Positions 25,471 to 35,797 of a stretch of DNA of 64,000 bases are shown piece after piece (within the stretch, counting starts at the first letter, position 1; each line of letters begins with the position of its first letter). The notes beneath the pieces are model-generated. The model saw only the letters and a program-made list of their open reading frames with translations, was not told the origin of the DNA and ran no database searches. The stretch comes from Tubulanus polymorphus (lineage: Eukaryota; Animalia; Nemertea), in the NCBI RefSeq assembly GCF_964204645.1, contig NW_027437472.1, forward strand, positions 5,382-69,381, written 5' to 3'. A program made the position numbers and the translations under genes.

Positions 25471-27663
25471 TTAGTCCCGAATACAATCATCGTTATCATC
25501 ATCATCGTCACTGCTATCTCCAAAAGTATCTTGTGTCAACCCCTGTGAACGAGCGGCGGCCATTGCGGCGATATTCGCCGTAAATGCAAACGAAGCACCA
25601 CCGCCGGCGCCGATCCGGTCGACGAGACTACCGCGAGCCGGATCGGGAAGCGTTATCTCGTGTTTATTATCTCCGCGATCGGACCACACGTACTCCCCGG
25701 TCGTTTCATCGATCTCGTCGTCGCTATATTCCCAATCTTTAGGTTTATACTTCGTTCGATCTTCCACGCCGGTCTCCATTAATGCCGAGTCACTTTCCAA
25801 GACTTCGCCGTTTTCGATTTTTCGCGAATCGCTAATAGTCTTCAGCAGATCGTTCTTATCTTCATTATCGTCATTTCCACCGCTTCCGTTTACCTCGTCT
25901 AAACCGACGCGTTTACGCCAGACGTCCAACGCTTTCTGTTCGCGCTCTAAAAGTTCGTTTGCCCTCGGCGAAATAACGCACTTCAGTTCTTTCAAAACGC
26001 GAACGGCCTCGGTTCGTTCTTTTTTCTTCGCCAACTCTAACTCCCACGAGACCACGTCGGTGAATTCGCCGTTTTCAAGCGGCCGTACGTGCGATTTACC
26101 GTCGGTGATCAGTTCGAACATTTCGTCTTCGATTACAGGATCGCCCATATCGAATATCGGAACTGGTACCTGTTCACAAGTGCTCGGAACGATCACGGCT
26201 GGTTGTTCGACGAGTTTTTCCACCTCACGAGGGTGAAATCGTTTTTTGATGCGATTCTCCCCTTCTTCCCAACAATTCGCGCTCGATTCTAACTCGCGTT
26301 TGATCAGTTCATACTCCCCGAGCATCGTTCGTTCGTCGTCGGCGAAATTGACGATTTCGCTATCGAAGTCTCGCACGCGTTTCAAAGCGCCTAAAAGATG
26401 CAACTCTAAACTGTGTACGGCCACCCGAACGGCTTCCATCGGCGCGTCACCTTCGTCGACGACAACACTCTTCTTCGGTAGCGTCGGCGATGTTTTCGGT
26501 TCCAAGACGGCGCATTTATGAAAATTATAGCTACGCTTCATCGAATCTCGAGCCGGCAACGTGACGGCCAATAACGCGCTTATGCTTGTCGTAACCGCGT
26601 CGATTTCAACGCAAGACAACGGTGCATGTTGCGACCGTGCGTCGACGACGAAGCTCATCGCGAGTCGACGCACGAACTCCGAACACTGAATCAAACACAC
26701 GTGATACATAGCTTTGATCGCCGGCATCGAGTAATCGTCAGTCGAATCATCGAAGCGGCCGTCGAAATCAGGCCGTAAACATTCGCCGTAGTCGTCTAAA
26801 GGAATCTCGCAGATATACTGCGAAACGTTATCCAGTTCCGGTAATAGAGCGACGTTTCGCACGATGTCGCGCGTCTGTTTACGATGCGCTAGCACGCACT
26901 CGCGCGTGTTTACGAACACGGCCTCGCGCAGTTGCGGGCATTGACGACACGCGCGGCCGCGAACGACGCTTTCGAGTCGCGCGACCGGCGATTTCGCCGT
27001 GACAAGTGTGTAACCGCGCGCGATCAGTTCCGACTCCTGCACGAGTCGCAGCGAACGCTTCATGTCGTACAGCAGTTCTTCCATCGCGTCGATGTAAAGC
27101 GAGATACATGCGAAACGGCCTCCATTCGCAGCCCGCGAACGACGACGCGTGACGAAAATCGTCGGACATATTATCAAAAGCGCCGTTACAAGCCAATATG
27201 AGTATAAATAAGCGCACGATTGCCCGAGAAACACATTTTGGACAACGGACGCGAGAACCAATACAATTACGATCATTATAAATCTACGCCTGAGAGATAA
27301 TTTCGGTTTTGAAATCAACGGTTTATTCGAATTATCGTCGCCTTCTAAGAATCGCTCTAACATAACGTAATCATCTTCTAAAAGTATCTTACTATCGCGT
27401 AATTTTACAGCCGTTGACTTCTCTTCGTGAAGAGCGACATCTTCACCGCCGCCTGGAAATACGACGGAAACTACAGCGGCCTTCACTTTATTCACCACGC
27501 GCGAACACAATTCCGAATAGCGCGATTCCAATCGCGAAGTTTCAACCGCGCTTACGACTTTTTCTTTCTCAACCGGCCGAATATCGAAGTCGGAAAACCC
27601 GATATCTTTCAAATGCTCGTAAAGCGGCGAATTCGCGAAAACGACGTCCTCGTCGTCGGCCAT
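25471..27663 (-). CDS. vezt: Vezatin, 730 aa, uninterrupted CDS
   Basis: N-terminus DEDVVFANSPLYEHLKDIGFSDF matches the diagnostic vezatin start (DE.VVFENSPLYQYL.D.G..DF); two adjacent hydrophobic segments (FIMIIVIVLVLASVV; LYSYWLVTALLIICPTIFV); LRLVQESELIARGYTLV; SEFVRRLA; VLKELKCV; IAAMAAARS..Q.TFGD acidic tail. Confidence 0.93.
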   Translation of the reverse strand: MADDEDVVFANSPLYEHLKDIGFSDFDIRPVEKEKVVSAVETSRLESRYSELCSRVVNKVKAAVVSVVFPGGGEDVALHEEKSTAVKLRDSKILLEDDYVMLERFLEGDDNSNKPLISKPKLSLRRRFIMIVIVLVLASVVQNVFLGQSCAYLYSYWLVTALLIICPTIFVTRRRSRAANGGRFACISLYIDAMEELLYDMKRSLRLVQESELIARGYTLVTAKSPVARLESVVRGRACRQCPQLREAVFVNTRECVLAHRKQTRDIVRNVALLPELDNVSQYICEIPLDDYGECLRPDFDGRFDDSTDDYSMPAIKAMYHVCLIQCSEFVRRLAMSFVVDARSQHAPLSCVEIDAVTTSISALLAVTLPARDSMKRSYNFHKCAVLEPKTSPTLPKKSVVVDEGDAPMEAVRVAVHSLELHLLGALKRVRDFDSEIVNFADDERTMLGEYELIKRELESSANCWEEGENRIKKRFHPREVEKLVEQPAVIVPSTCEQVPVPIFDMGDPVIEDEMFELITDGKSHVRPLENGEFTDVVSWELELAKKKERTEAVRVLKELKCVISPRANELLEREQKALDVWRKRVGLDEVNGSGGNDDNEDKNDLLKTISDSRKIENGEVLESDSALMETGVEDRTKYKPKDWEYSDDEIDETTGEYVWSDRGDNKHEITLPDPARGSLVDRIGAGGGASFAFTANIAAMAAARSQGLTQDTFGDSSDDDDDNDDCIRD

Positions 27664-29700
27664 ATCGAAAATGATCTAAATCTATCCTAAATCGATTCCA
27701 TTACGAGAATATACATCGTTCAGGAATACAAAAACATTTATAACAATTATTCCTCGATCTATAGAATTCCTTTCGGGATTATGAATGAGATATAGTCAGC
27801 CGTCGCGCCCCACGAAGCTCTATGCAGCTGGAATATCGAAACCCACGTTGTTATGATAGCGATCCAAATACAAGTCCCGATCATCGAACGTATCACATCT
27901 GAAAAAAAAAACAAATAATCTACTATCATTTCTCAGCTACATGCACACAGGACAATGCTTAATTGTCTGCTTTTATACGGCAGTTTTCACTCAAAACTGT
28001 GGTAACATTTTGAGACTGATCATCCAGTTTACATCAGACGCAAGTTGCACTGGCGAGATTTAAATAAAAAATCGGTCTTAAGTTGTATGACTGGTAGTGA
28101 CGTATTTAGATTAGTTATGGAACTAAGAACTAGAAACTAGGGCTTCGACTGGTTCTAAAATCTCAGCCTCGAATATGCAAATGGCCGAGAGTAAGAGTTA
28201 ACTTTGAAATTGGCCATGAACTCAGTTCGACAGTTCTGAGCGTTAACTCAGTAGAGGCACTGGGGCCGAGTCACTTGTCACGATGTCAACCCAGAGTTCA
28301 AGGGTTCGAGCCCGTTCAGGTTTAGTTTCTGAAACGTCTTGATTGAAAAATTGTTTTTAGCACTTTATCGATGATCTATCTGATCCTTACAGGTTTTAAT
28401 CTCTGCTTGTTGTTCAAACGGCGGGCGCCTGAAAGCCTCGCGGAAAAACCACACCGAGTTGACGAACCATAGGAACGGCAACAACGCAAATCCTCCTAAA
28501 AACACAATAAGAAGAAAACCTATGAAAATATTCACACCAATTTTTCAAGCTTGACGTCTCTTTTTTCCAAGCGTTTAGTCACAAGCGTACATAGCAAATA
28601 TATTTTAAGGAATGGGTAAAGGTCAGATTACATCAAGTCCCACAAAAATTACACAACAGGAGTAAGTCAGTTATGGCACAGGCGATGTCAGCTGTTATTT
28701 CGTAACTTCAGCTAAGCATTACGGAGATAGATAGGATGGTTTCCTGGCTTTCTGTGTAGTGTAGATAGATGCGGGGTGCACATTGGATCATGGGTCAATT
28801 TGTTTTTGTATCTTCACTGATTTCATAGGCAGATGGCAGATGATGGAGAACAAGAATACATGTCGCTATCGATCATTTTTTCATAATAGAAGCCCATATT
28901 CAAGTGATGTGATAGTCTAAGTATCTAACCGTTGTTGTTCCCCTAACACCACCTAGGGCGAAATTGCATAAGCTTCATTTTCGTCCTCCACTTTGAATGA
29001 AAAGCTTTGAGCATCTATTTCAGCCCTTAATACATCAAGCCACATCAAACTGACTGTTCTGTAATCCAATGGACGTTTACTGTAGTTTTGGCATAAATTT
29101 ATAATCTTAGGTAATTATTAGTATTTTTAGTAACTCTGAGCATTCGACTATTCACCAAAAAAAACAACATACCGGTAAGCGTCAGACACTGTTATTAGGG
29201 ACTGCAACATCATCTGGTATTCAGACTAGTGACTGAGGTTATGGCGATTGGGGTTTAGCAACGTAAATATAGCAACTGCCACTACACCGGTAATTCATAA
29301 TACAAACTTCCCTCTACTCGAATTAGCAAATGGTGCATTCAATTTTTTCATTCAAGTCGGGCCTGACTTACCCAGGTAGTATTTTCGGCAAAGGTCCAAT
29401 TTGTCTGTATCTTTTACTTTACGAAGATCCATTTTTTCCCCTATGAAATAAATTGCTAAAAGGTTCAGATCTACGATTTTAGTTATCAGCAGTCGTAATT
29501 GCAAAACCAAATGATCGAAGAATCATCAATCAGGGATGGTTTAGTCAGTAATTTGCAGGTAGATTCAAGCAATACGGAGATGGGAGCGTTTCCTGCCTTT
29601 CTGTATAAATCAACGAGTGGGCGCGTGTTGCATGAACCATATAGGAAAAACTTGGCGTTCAGAAAGCAACACAACAGGTCAACTAACATCATTTCAGCCG
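27664..29700 (-). other. Probable vezatin 5'-UTR with one intron (27899-29371)
   Basis: Acceptor TTTTTTTTTCAG| at 27899-27901 and candidate donor CTGG|GTAAGT at 29371. The upstream boundary is a guess. Confidence 0.45.
28238..28330 (+). mobile_element. tRNA-derived SINE head (degenerate)
   Basis: A-box-like TAACTCAGTAG and B-box GGTTCGAGCCC (28305-28315); no convincing cloverleaf. Confidence 0.45.
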
Positions 29701-30252
29701 CTGAGTGACGTCGTTCGTAAAAATTGGTTCAGAATTACCGGTCGAAAGTACCGTTTGTTTTCAAAAATCATGGTCTTACTTCCAGGCTGGTGCAGTACAG
29801 GTGGACTTTTGCCGATTTTTTTCGATCAATCGCACGATTTAGCGATCTTAAAGGCATTCAAATCTTTCTCAAGCTACTCGGTCTAGCGCAGAAATTTCGT
29901 TATCATCACTTTTTAGAGTTATCTTACTCGAAGGCCTGGACTACTAATGAACTTACGAACTGTTGATATGACATACGTATGCCAAACTCCTTCTTGATAT
30001 GTATACATATCAAGGAGTTTGGCTCCCTCGCTTATTATAAAGCGCAAGGCCACTGATATATTGGGGTCAAAAACTTTTTTGTGTCAGGCCGTCAGGCCTG
30101 TGGAAAGCCCATCCTTCTAGGCCCTAGAGTAGAGGCTAATATAGTTAGTAAATTGTCTGTGGTATAATAGTTTCACGATTGGATATTTTCACAAATCACA
30201 AGCATCCGTTGTGTCATGTGTATAATAGCTTACCACCAACAGTTCAAAACTG

Positions 30253-30920
30253 TATGGAAGCCCTGAGACGACATCTTGGGTTCCCCAGTTCATAACTTCC
30301 TGAGTTTATGAGATTTCGAGTTTATTTGGGCATGCACGACTCTATGAAATTATGCGACATAAAGAATCCTATCATATAAGGATGTTAAATCCTTTTACGT
30401 CATGAATTAACTACACAGATAATGTCCCGCATCACCTAGACTGGTTGACTGTGTCCAATTCTGCACTGGCAGTCAACTGAAGGTCGACCGGCAACCAGTC
30501 TATCATCAGCCATCAGCTTTCTTGATGGTTTATAGAAAATTAATAGATGTTTGAAAATATCTAAATGAGCGTTTGTTATCTTTTTAATCATTAAAAACCC
30601 GAGCAGACACATCGAGAGTCATCGGTTAATCGGAGTCACCCTCCCCACTAGCCTGCGCACAGAAAATCGGAGCCACCCGAGCTGCCTGCCAGAAGCAGAA
30701 TGGAGGCGCCCTTCTCCCATTAATAGCTGGTTATTCAGTGTAGTCTTAGCCTGAGACGATGGTCTTTCATTATAGAACATCGTGTTTACGTTCGATGTTT
30801 CAGTAGGCCTATCGTAGGCTTTTTGTCATTAAACGAACTCACGAACTCATGAACTTGAGAACTCAGGATGTTATGAACTCGGAACTCATTAACTCAAGAT
30901 GTCGTCTCAGGGCTTCCATA
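30253..30920. mobile_element. Non-autonomous DNA transposon with TATGG termini and 6-bp TSD (IS3EU-like)
   Basis: TIR TATGGAAGCCCTGAGACGACATCTTG / CAAGATGTCGTCTCAGGGCTTCCATA (26-bp perfect); flanks AAACTG at 30247-30252 and 30921-30926; subterminal GAACTC / GAGTT 7-mer-like repeats. TAY..RTA ends with a 6-bp TSD are the described IS3EU signature (from memory). Confidence 0.85.
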
Positions 30921-31182
30921 AAACTGACTAACTCTACCTTTTATTTATTAATTAGTGTAGTAAGTTAGAGACACAGTGTAACTATAAGAAAGCTAACAAA
31001 GCTGCCCGCGCTTCGGCCTTCGCACCGGATAAAATGCTATTTTTTCATTGCCAATATCGCGATGTTACAAAAAAATCTAGCTTTTAATACTTGCAAAATT
31101 CTTGTAGCCTATCTATGAGGAAGTAGAGTATGATGGGCCAGTATGATGCCTTCGAATGATGTCTGTCTGCAGAGTTTCCAGA

Positions 31183-31243
31183 ACCTGTCATGTCAGGTCT
31201 CAAGACCTGACATGACAGGTCTTACCTATCATGTCAGGTCTCG
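31183..31243. repeat. Perfect 18-bp inverted repeat plus a third partial copy
   Basis: ACCTGTCATGTCAGGTCT-CA-AGACCTGACATGACAGGT (31183-31220), then ACCTATCATGTCAGGTCTC. Confidence 0.9.
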
Positions 31244-31752
31244 AAAAAACCCAAACTCACAACAATGTATGACGAAACGGCGAATTATCTAGGCATGTGC
31301 TAGACGAATGGAAGAACATTTTGAGTTGAATGAATATTCTGATCCGTCGTAAATATCGAAAATGATTCAACAATAACGATAAGGAAAATGTTCTGACTAA
31401 TAATTCATTTGAAAGGTTGATTTATAAGAAGAAAATATTATGTGTTAAATAAGTATGTAAGTTTCAGGCATAGATGAACTAATTAATGTAGGCTAGAAGT
31501 AAGAGAATATTTTCGATAGCTGAATCGAGGTCTTCGTTTCCGCAATAAGACACTGAAAAATATCTGCTCACTATCACAGTTCGCCGGCATCACTCCTCAC
31601 TGTCCTGAAGTCTCACTATTTATATTATGATGAACATGTAAAAGAGCCAAATGCAATATAGAGACTGATTTTTTATTGACACTGATTTTAAATCAACTCG
31701 TCAATTTAAAGCAAAATTTAAAGCAAAAAGTTTTTTTTCTTATATCATTTTT

Positions 31753-32070
31753 AATGCAGACCTGTCAGTACAGGTCGCGAGAAATTCTGCAAAATGGCGC
31801 GAGCTGCCGTGTGAGGTCTCGCTTCAAAATTATTGTTTTGTACCTTACTTAAGATTTAATCTATCTATGGTAAGCCATTGATATTATACTCATTACTATA
31901 ATGAGACCAAAAATAATTAAAGTTTTCCTTCATTTCATCAGTTTAATAATGCAGACCTGTCACCACCACAGGTCTCGAGAAGCTCTGCACAATGGCGCGA
32001 GCTGCCGTGTGAGGTCTCGTTCAAAATTATTGTTTTAAAGTAACTTAAGATTAACTATATCCATGGTAAG
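31753..32070 (+). repeat. Two-copy ~195-bp tandem repeat
   Basis: AATGCAGACCTGTCA...AATGGCGCGAGCTGCCGTGTGAGGTCTCG...TTCAAAATTATTGTTTT at ~31753 and ~31947. Confidence 0.8.
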
Positions 32071-32559
32071 AAATTTATTTTTATGGCCTTATTAAAGTTC
32101 CACCATATTGTTCAGCTGGCTACTGGTGTGTATTCAACCCATTCAACCCGGCAGTAGAACCTTTTCATTCGACTTCTTTACGCTCTCAATGTAAATCCAT
32201 TCAACAATAGAGACACAAGACACAATTGCGGCTATTCCGAGTTGTTCATATCATTTATTCGGCTATTGAATACGTCACCGGCTTACCACGGTGTACACAA
32301 GCATAGCCCATTCACCTCTGCACACTCACACTATGCTACCGTGGATTCTCCTCCTGGCGATTTTCGCTGCGCTCTCGTTCCTGCTCCTGTTCTTGCTTCC
32401 TGAGGAACGACGTCTTTATGTTTTATGTGTTACTGTTCGTCTCCATGCTGTCCTGTACTGTTCCGTGTTTATTAATCCGTTCTATTTTTCAGCAATTAAC
32501 CCGTTTTATTTTTCAGGGCCGATTTCTCTGTCGAATTTCAACGTTTGCTGGAACAAAAC

Positions 32560-32720
32560 TAATGTCCGAAAGCGTCAGCTCTCCTTCGCTGGTCATGTGT
32601 CGAGGATGTCAGACAAAGAGTCGATCAGGAAATTCTGCCCTCTACACGCCCTCATACGGAACACAAAAACCAGGACGACGAGGCCTCACTGCCCCCACCT
32701 GTCTACAAAGTGTGCTGAGT
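32560..32720 (+). mobile_element. RTE-clade non-LTR retrotransposon 3' fragment (frameshifted)
   Basis: VRKRQLSFAGHVSRMSDKE then, in another frame, ALYTPSYGTQKPGR, matching the RTE ORF C-terminal pattern R.R.L.(W/F)AGH..RM ... G.R..GR. Confidence 0.7.
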
Positions 32721-32799
32721 GATGTCAATGACGGGCATATCTGTGGGATTGCGCGGGATACAAATGGAGTGGTTATACTGGATTGTCACGCCACTAGCA

Positions 32800-33062
32800 T
32801 TCATTGGTCCTTGTGACCACTCGGATGAGGGATGATTCTACTGTCACGCCCTTTGTTTCTGGTATTCTGAGTCGGCTGAGGGATGATTCTACTGTCACGC
32901 CCTTTGATTTCTAGTTTGAGTGCTAGTTTTCATTGTGTCCTTGTGACAACCTCGAGCAGAGATGAAGTCTCTTGTCGGCTTGTGAGTGCTAGTTTCATTG
33001 AGTCCTTGTGACTACCTCGGTCAGTGGATGAAGTCTCTTGTCACGCCTTTGAGTGCTAGTTG
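32800..33062 (+). repeat. Minisatellite, ~55-65-bp unit, ~4 copies
   Basis: Recurring GTCCTTGTGAC..CTCG...GATGA(T/A)..CT..TGTCACGCC..TGAGTGCTAGTT. Confidence 0.75.
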
Positions 33063-34581
33063 AGATCCTGAATCTCAACCCGGTCAAGCTGGTTGTACTG
33101 CGCTATTTGTGTTTCGAGCAATTTTACAGGTGTGTCAGTTACTGACGTCGCCCAGTACATCCTGCAGTTAGATGGGGAATGTGAGGCGTTGTCATTCTGG
33201 TTTTCGTGTTCTGAATGAGGGCATGTAGAGGGCAGTATATTCCTGGCTGGCTCATTGTCTGGTGTTCTCGGCGTGTGACCGGCGACGGAGAGCTGAAAAG
33301 CTTTCGAACATTAGTTTTGTTCCGTACCAGGTTTTCATCGGTCTTCTTTTTTTTTTTTCATTTCAGGACTCCCAAGAAGTTGAAGAAAAAGATGCTAGAA
33401 GGCGACTACAGAAGATGCCGAAAAAAATACTGAACTCGGCAATCTTGAAAGTTTAGTTGATACCCATGTAAATTAGGATTAATGATGAAGAAATGTGTGA
33501 CTACAAAATATTTTTCTTTTTCTCAATTTCAGCTTCGACGAAACCCAAGAAGACAAAGAAGTACTTCGATTTTGAAAAAAGATTAAGTAAAATCGATCGA
33601 CGATCACACAACTATATCTGTACTTCGATTTCGAAAAAAAGAATTAGACAAAATTATCTTCCACCTTGTAAACTTTTGGACTACATGAAAAAAAAGACCA
33701 AATATTGTAAAATTATCGAAAAAAAAATTATGTAAAATCGACCGACGATCACACAACTATATCTGTACTTCGATTCCCGCCTGTTTCGCTCCTGGCAGGT
33801 GTGTCACGATCGTAAGGGACACCAACTCAAAAAGTCGAACGAGAGCTCATCAACTAAGATCTGCCGATTAGAGAACAGTGCACAGAAGGGGCCAATTTGG
33901 ATGAAACTCAACCAACCAACTTAGGAGATCCTCCGATAATGAACCCAGCCATCATAAAAGGTGATTTGATATTTGATACGAACTTAGAACATTTTAACCG
34001 ATACTGAACCCAGCAAACTTGAAATTTTAGTTGATTTTTGGGGAATCGTAGGTTTGCCTATGCAAATGGTCTGGAGAAGCAGTTTTCATTGAAAATTAAT
34101 AGAGTACCGGTGTGTCAACAAGGCACAAACATTGGCTGTTGAACCAATAGTGTTGATTTATAAAAACCCTGCTTTTTAGCACTGAGTAATGGCACGTTTT
34201 CATATATGAGAATTTGCATATTTGGAATTGAAATATATAAAAGTTCAATCCTTCGTGGAAGTGTTGCCGTTTTTTGTGCGACTCATCTCGATGTACTTTT
34301 CGACCTACGGGTCCTCACTTTATAAACCCCCTAAATTTTCTCGCTTCTATTTATCTGAGTTGACCTCATCACCTGAGCTACATTGAATGTGATTGGCTGT
34401 TTGTTGGATATACGGGGAATTCCGGGAACTTCTGATGTAATTGGGAAAGCCCATTGGGAAAACCCAATGTGGAACCCAAAACAAAATGGCGAGCATTTCA
34501 TTCCACTAGATATCGTATGTTCACTTATAATTTGTTCGGTGTTACGAATATAACCGAGTAGGCTATTCTAGGTATATTATC

Positions 34582-35720
34582 TATGGAAATTATTATGATA
34601 AATTCTAAATGAAATATTTTGTCATTACAGGATATCTTCTTTTAATCATTGCAGCTAAATTTCAACTATAAGAAAAAAACCCAGCTTGAGATCGACTACT
34701 CATCCAAAATCTACAAACTGGAACAGAGCACAGATGAGGCCAACTAGAATCCAACTTATTTACCAACAAACTTAAGATGATCCACGCCGATAATGACCCA
34801 AGCAATCATAAAAGGTAACTTGATATACATGAAATTATTTCGATAAATTCTAAATGAATTATTTTGTCATTACAGGATGTCTTCTTTTAATCATTGCAGC
34901 TAAATTTCAACTATGAGAAAAACCCAGTTTGAGATCAACTACTCATCCAAAATCGACCAACTGGAACAGCGCACAGATGAGGCCAACTAGAATCCAACTT
35001 ATCATCCAACAAACTTAAGATGATCCACGCCTATAACGAACCAAGCAATCATTAAAATGAAATTATTTCGATAAATTCTAAATGAAATATTTTGTCATTA
35101 CAGGATATCTTCTTTGCTAAATTTCAACTATAAGAAAAACCCAGCTTGAGATCAACTACTCGTCCAAAATCGACCAACTGGAACAGTGCACAGATGAGGC
35201 CAACTAACTAACAAACTAATAGGATAATCGCCGATAACCAAGCAATCATAAAAGGTAACTTGATATACATGAAATTATTTTGATAAATTCTAAATGAAAT
35301 ATTTTTTCATTACAGGATATCTTTGTTCATTTCTGCTAAATCCTATCTGTATGAAACTGCCCAGCTTTAAATCAACGACTCATCAAATATCTACAGATAA
35401 GCTCCACCCACTGAACAATTCAAGCTTGAATCGAATGCATCAACCAATTGCATCAACCAATTGTTCTAACCGATACTGAATCCAGCAAACTTGAAATGTA
35501 AGGTGATTTTTTATGGAAATTATTATGATAAATTCTAAATGAAATATTTTGTCATTACAGGATATCTTCTTTTAATCATTGCAGCTGAATTTTAACTATA
35601 AGAAAAAGCCCAGCTTGAGATCAACTACTCGTCCAAAATCTTCAAACTGGAACGGTGCACAGAAAAGGCCAGAACTGAACCCAGCAATCTTTAAAGGTTA
35701 GTTGATATACATGAAATTAC
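34582..35720 (+). repeat. Tandem array of ~210-245-bp units (5 copies; divergent copy at ~33800-33960)
   Basis: GATAAATTCTAAATGAAATATTTTGTCATTACAGGATATCTTC...CCCAGCTTGAGATCAACTACTC..CCAAAAT...GCACAGATGAGGCCAACT repeats at ~34597, 34842, 35070, 35282, 35527. Confidence 0.9.
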
Positions 35721-35797
35721 CTGTATATAGAAATTTCAGTCCTCATATGAATATCATTTCATAAGTGGCTATCATCAAAATCTATTAACCGGTCCAC

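Noticed and set aside
26089-27690. Several 67-112 aa ORFs overlapping vezatin
   Set aside because: Expected by-products of a GC-rich coding region; no recognisable motifs.
32098-32340. Possible solo LTR with PBS on the minus strand (AATAAA, ...TGAACA-ATA-TGGTGG)
   Set aside because: No second LTR, TSD or clear TG start found; the PBS match is too short to support a call.
32800-35720. Repeat arrays as possible CRISPR
   Set aside because: Eukaryotic context, units are degenerate along their whole length with no unique spacers, and no cas genes.
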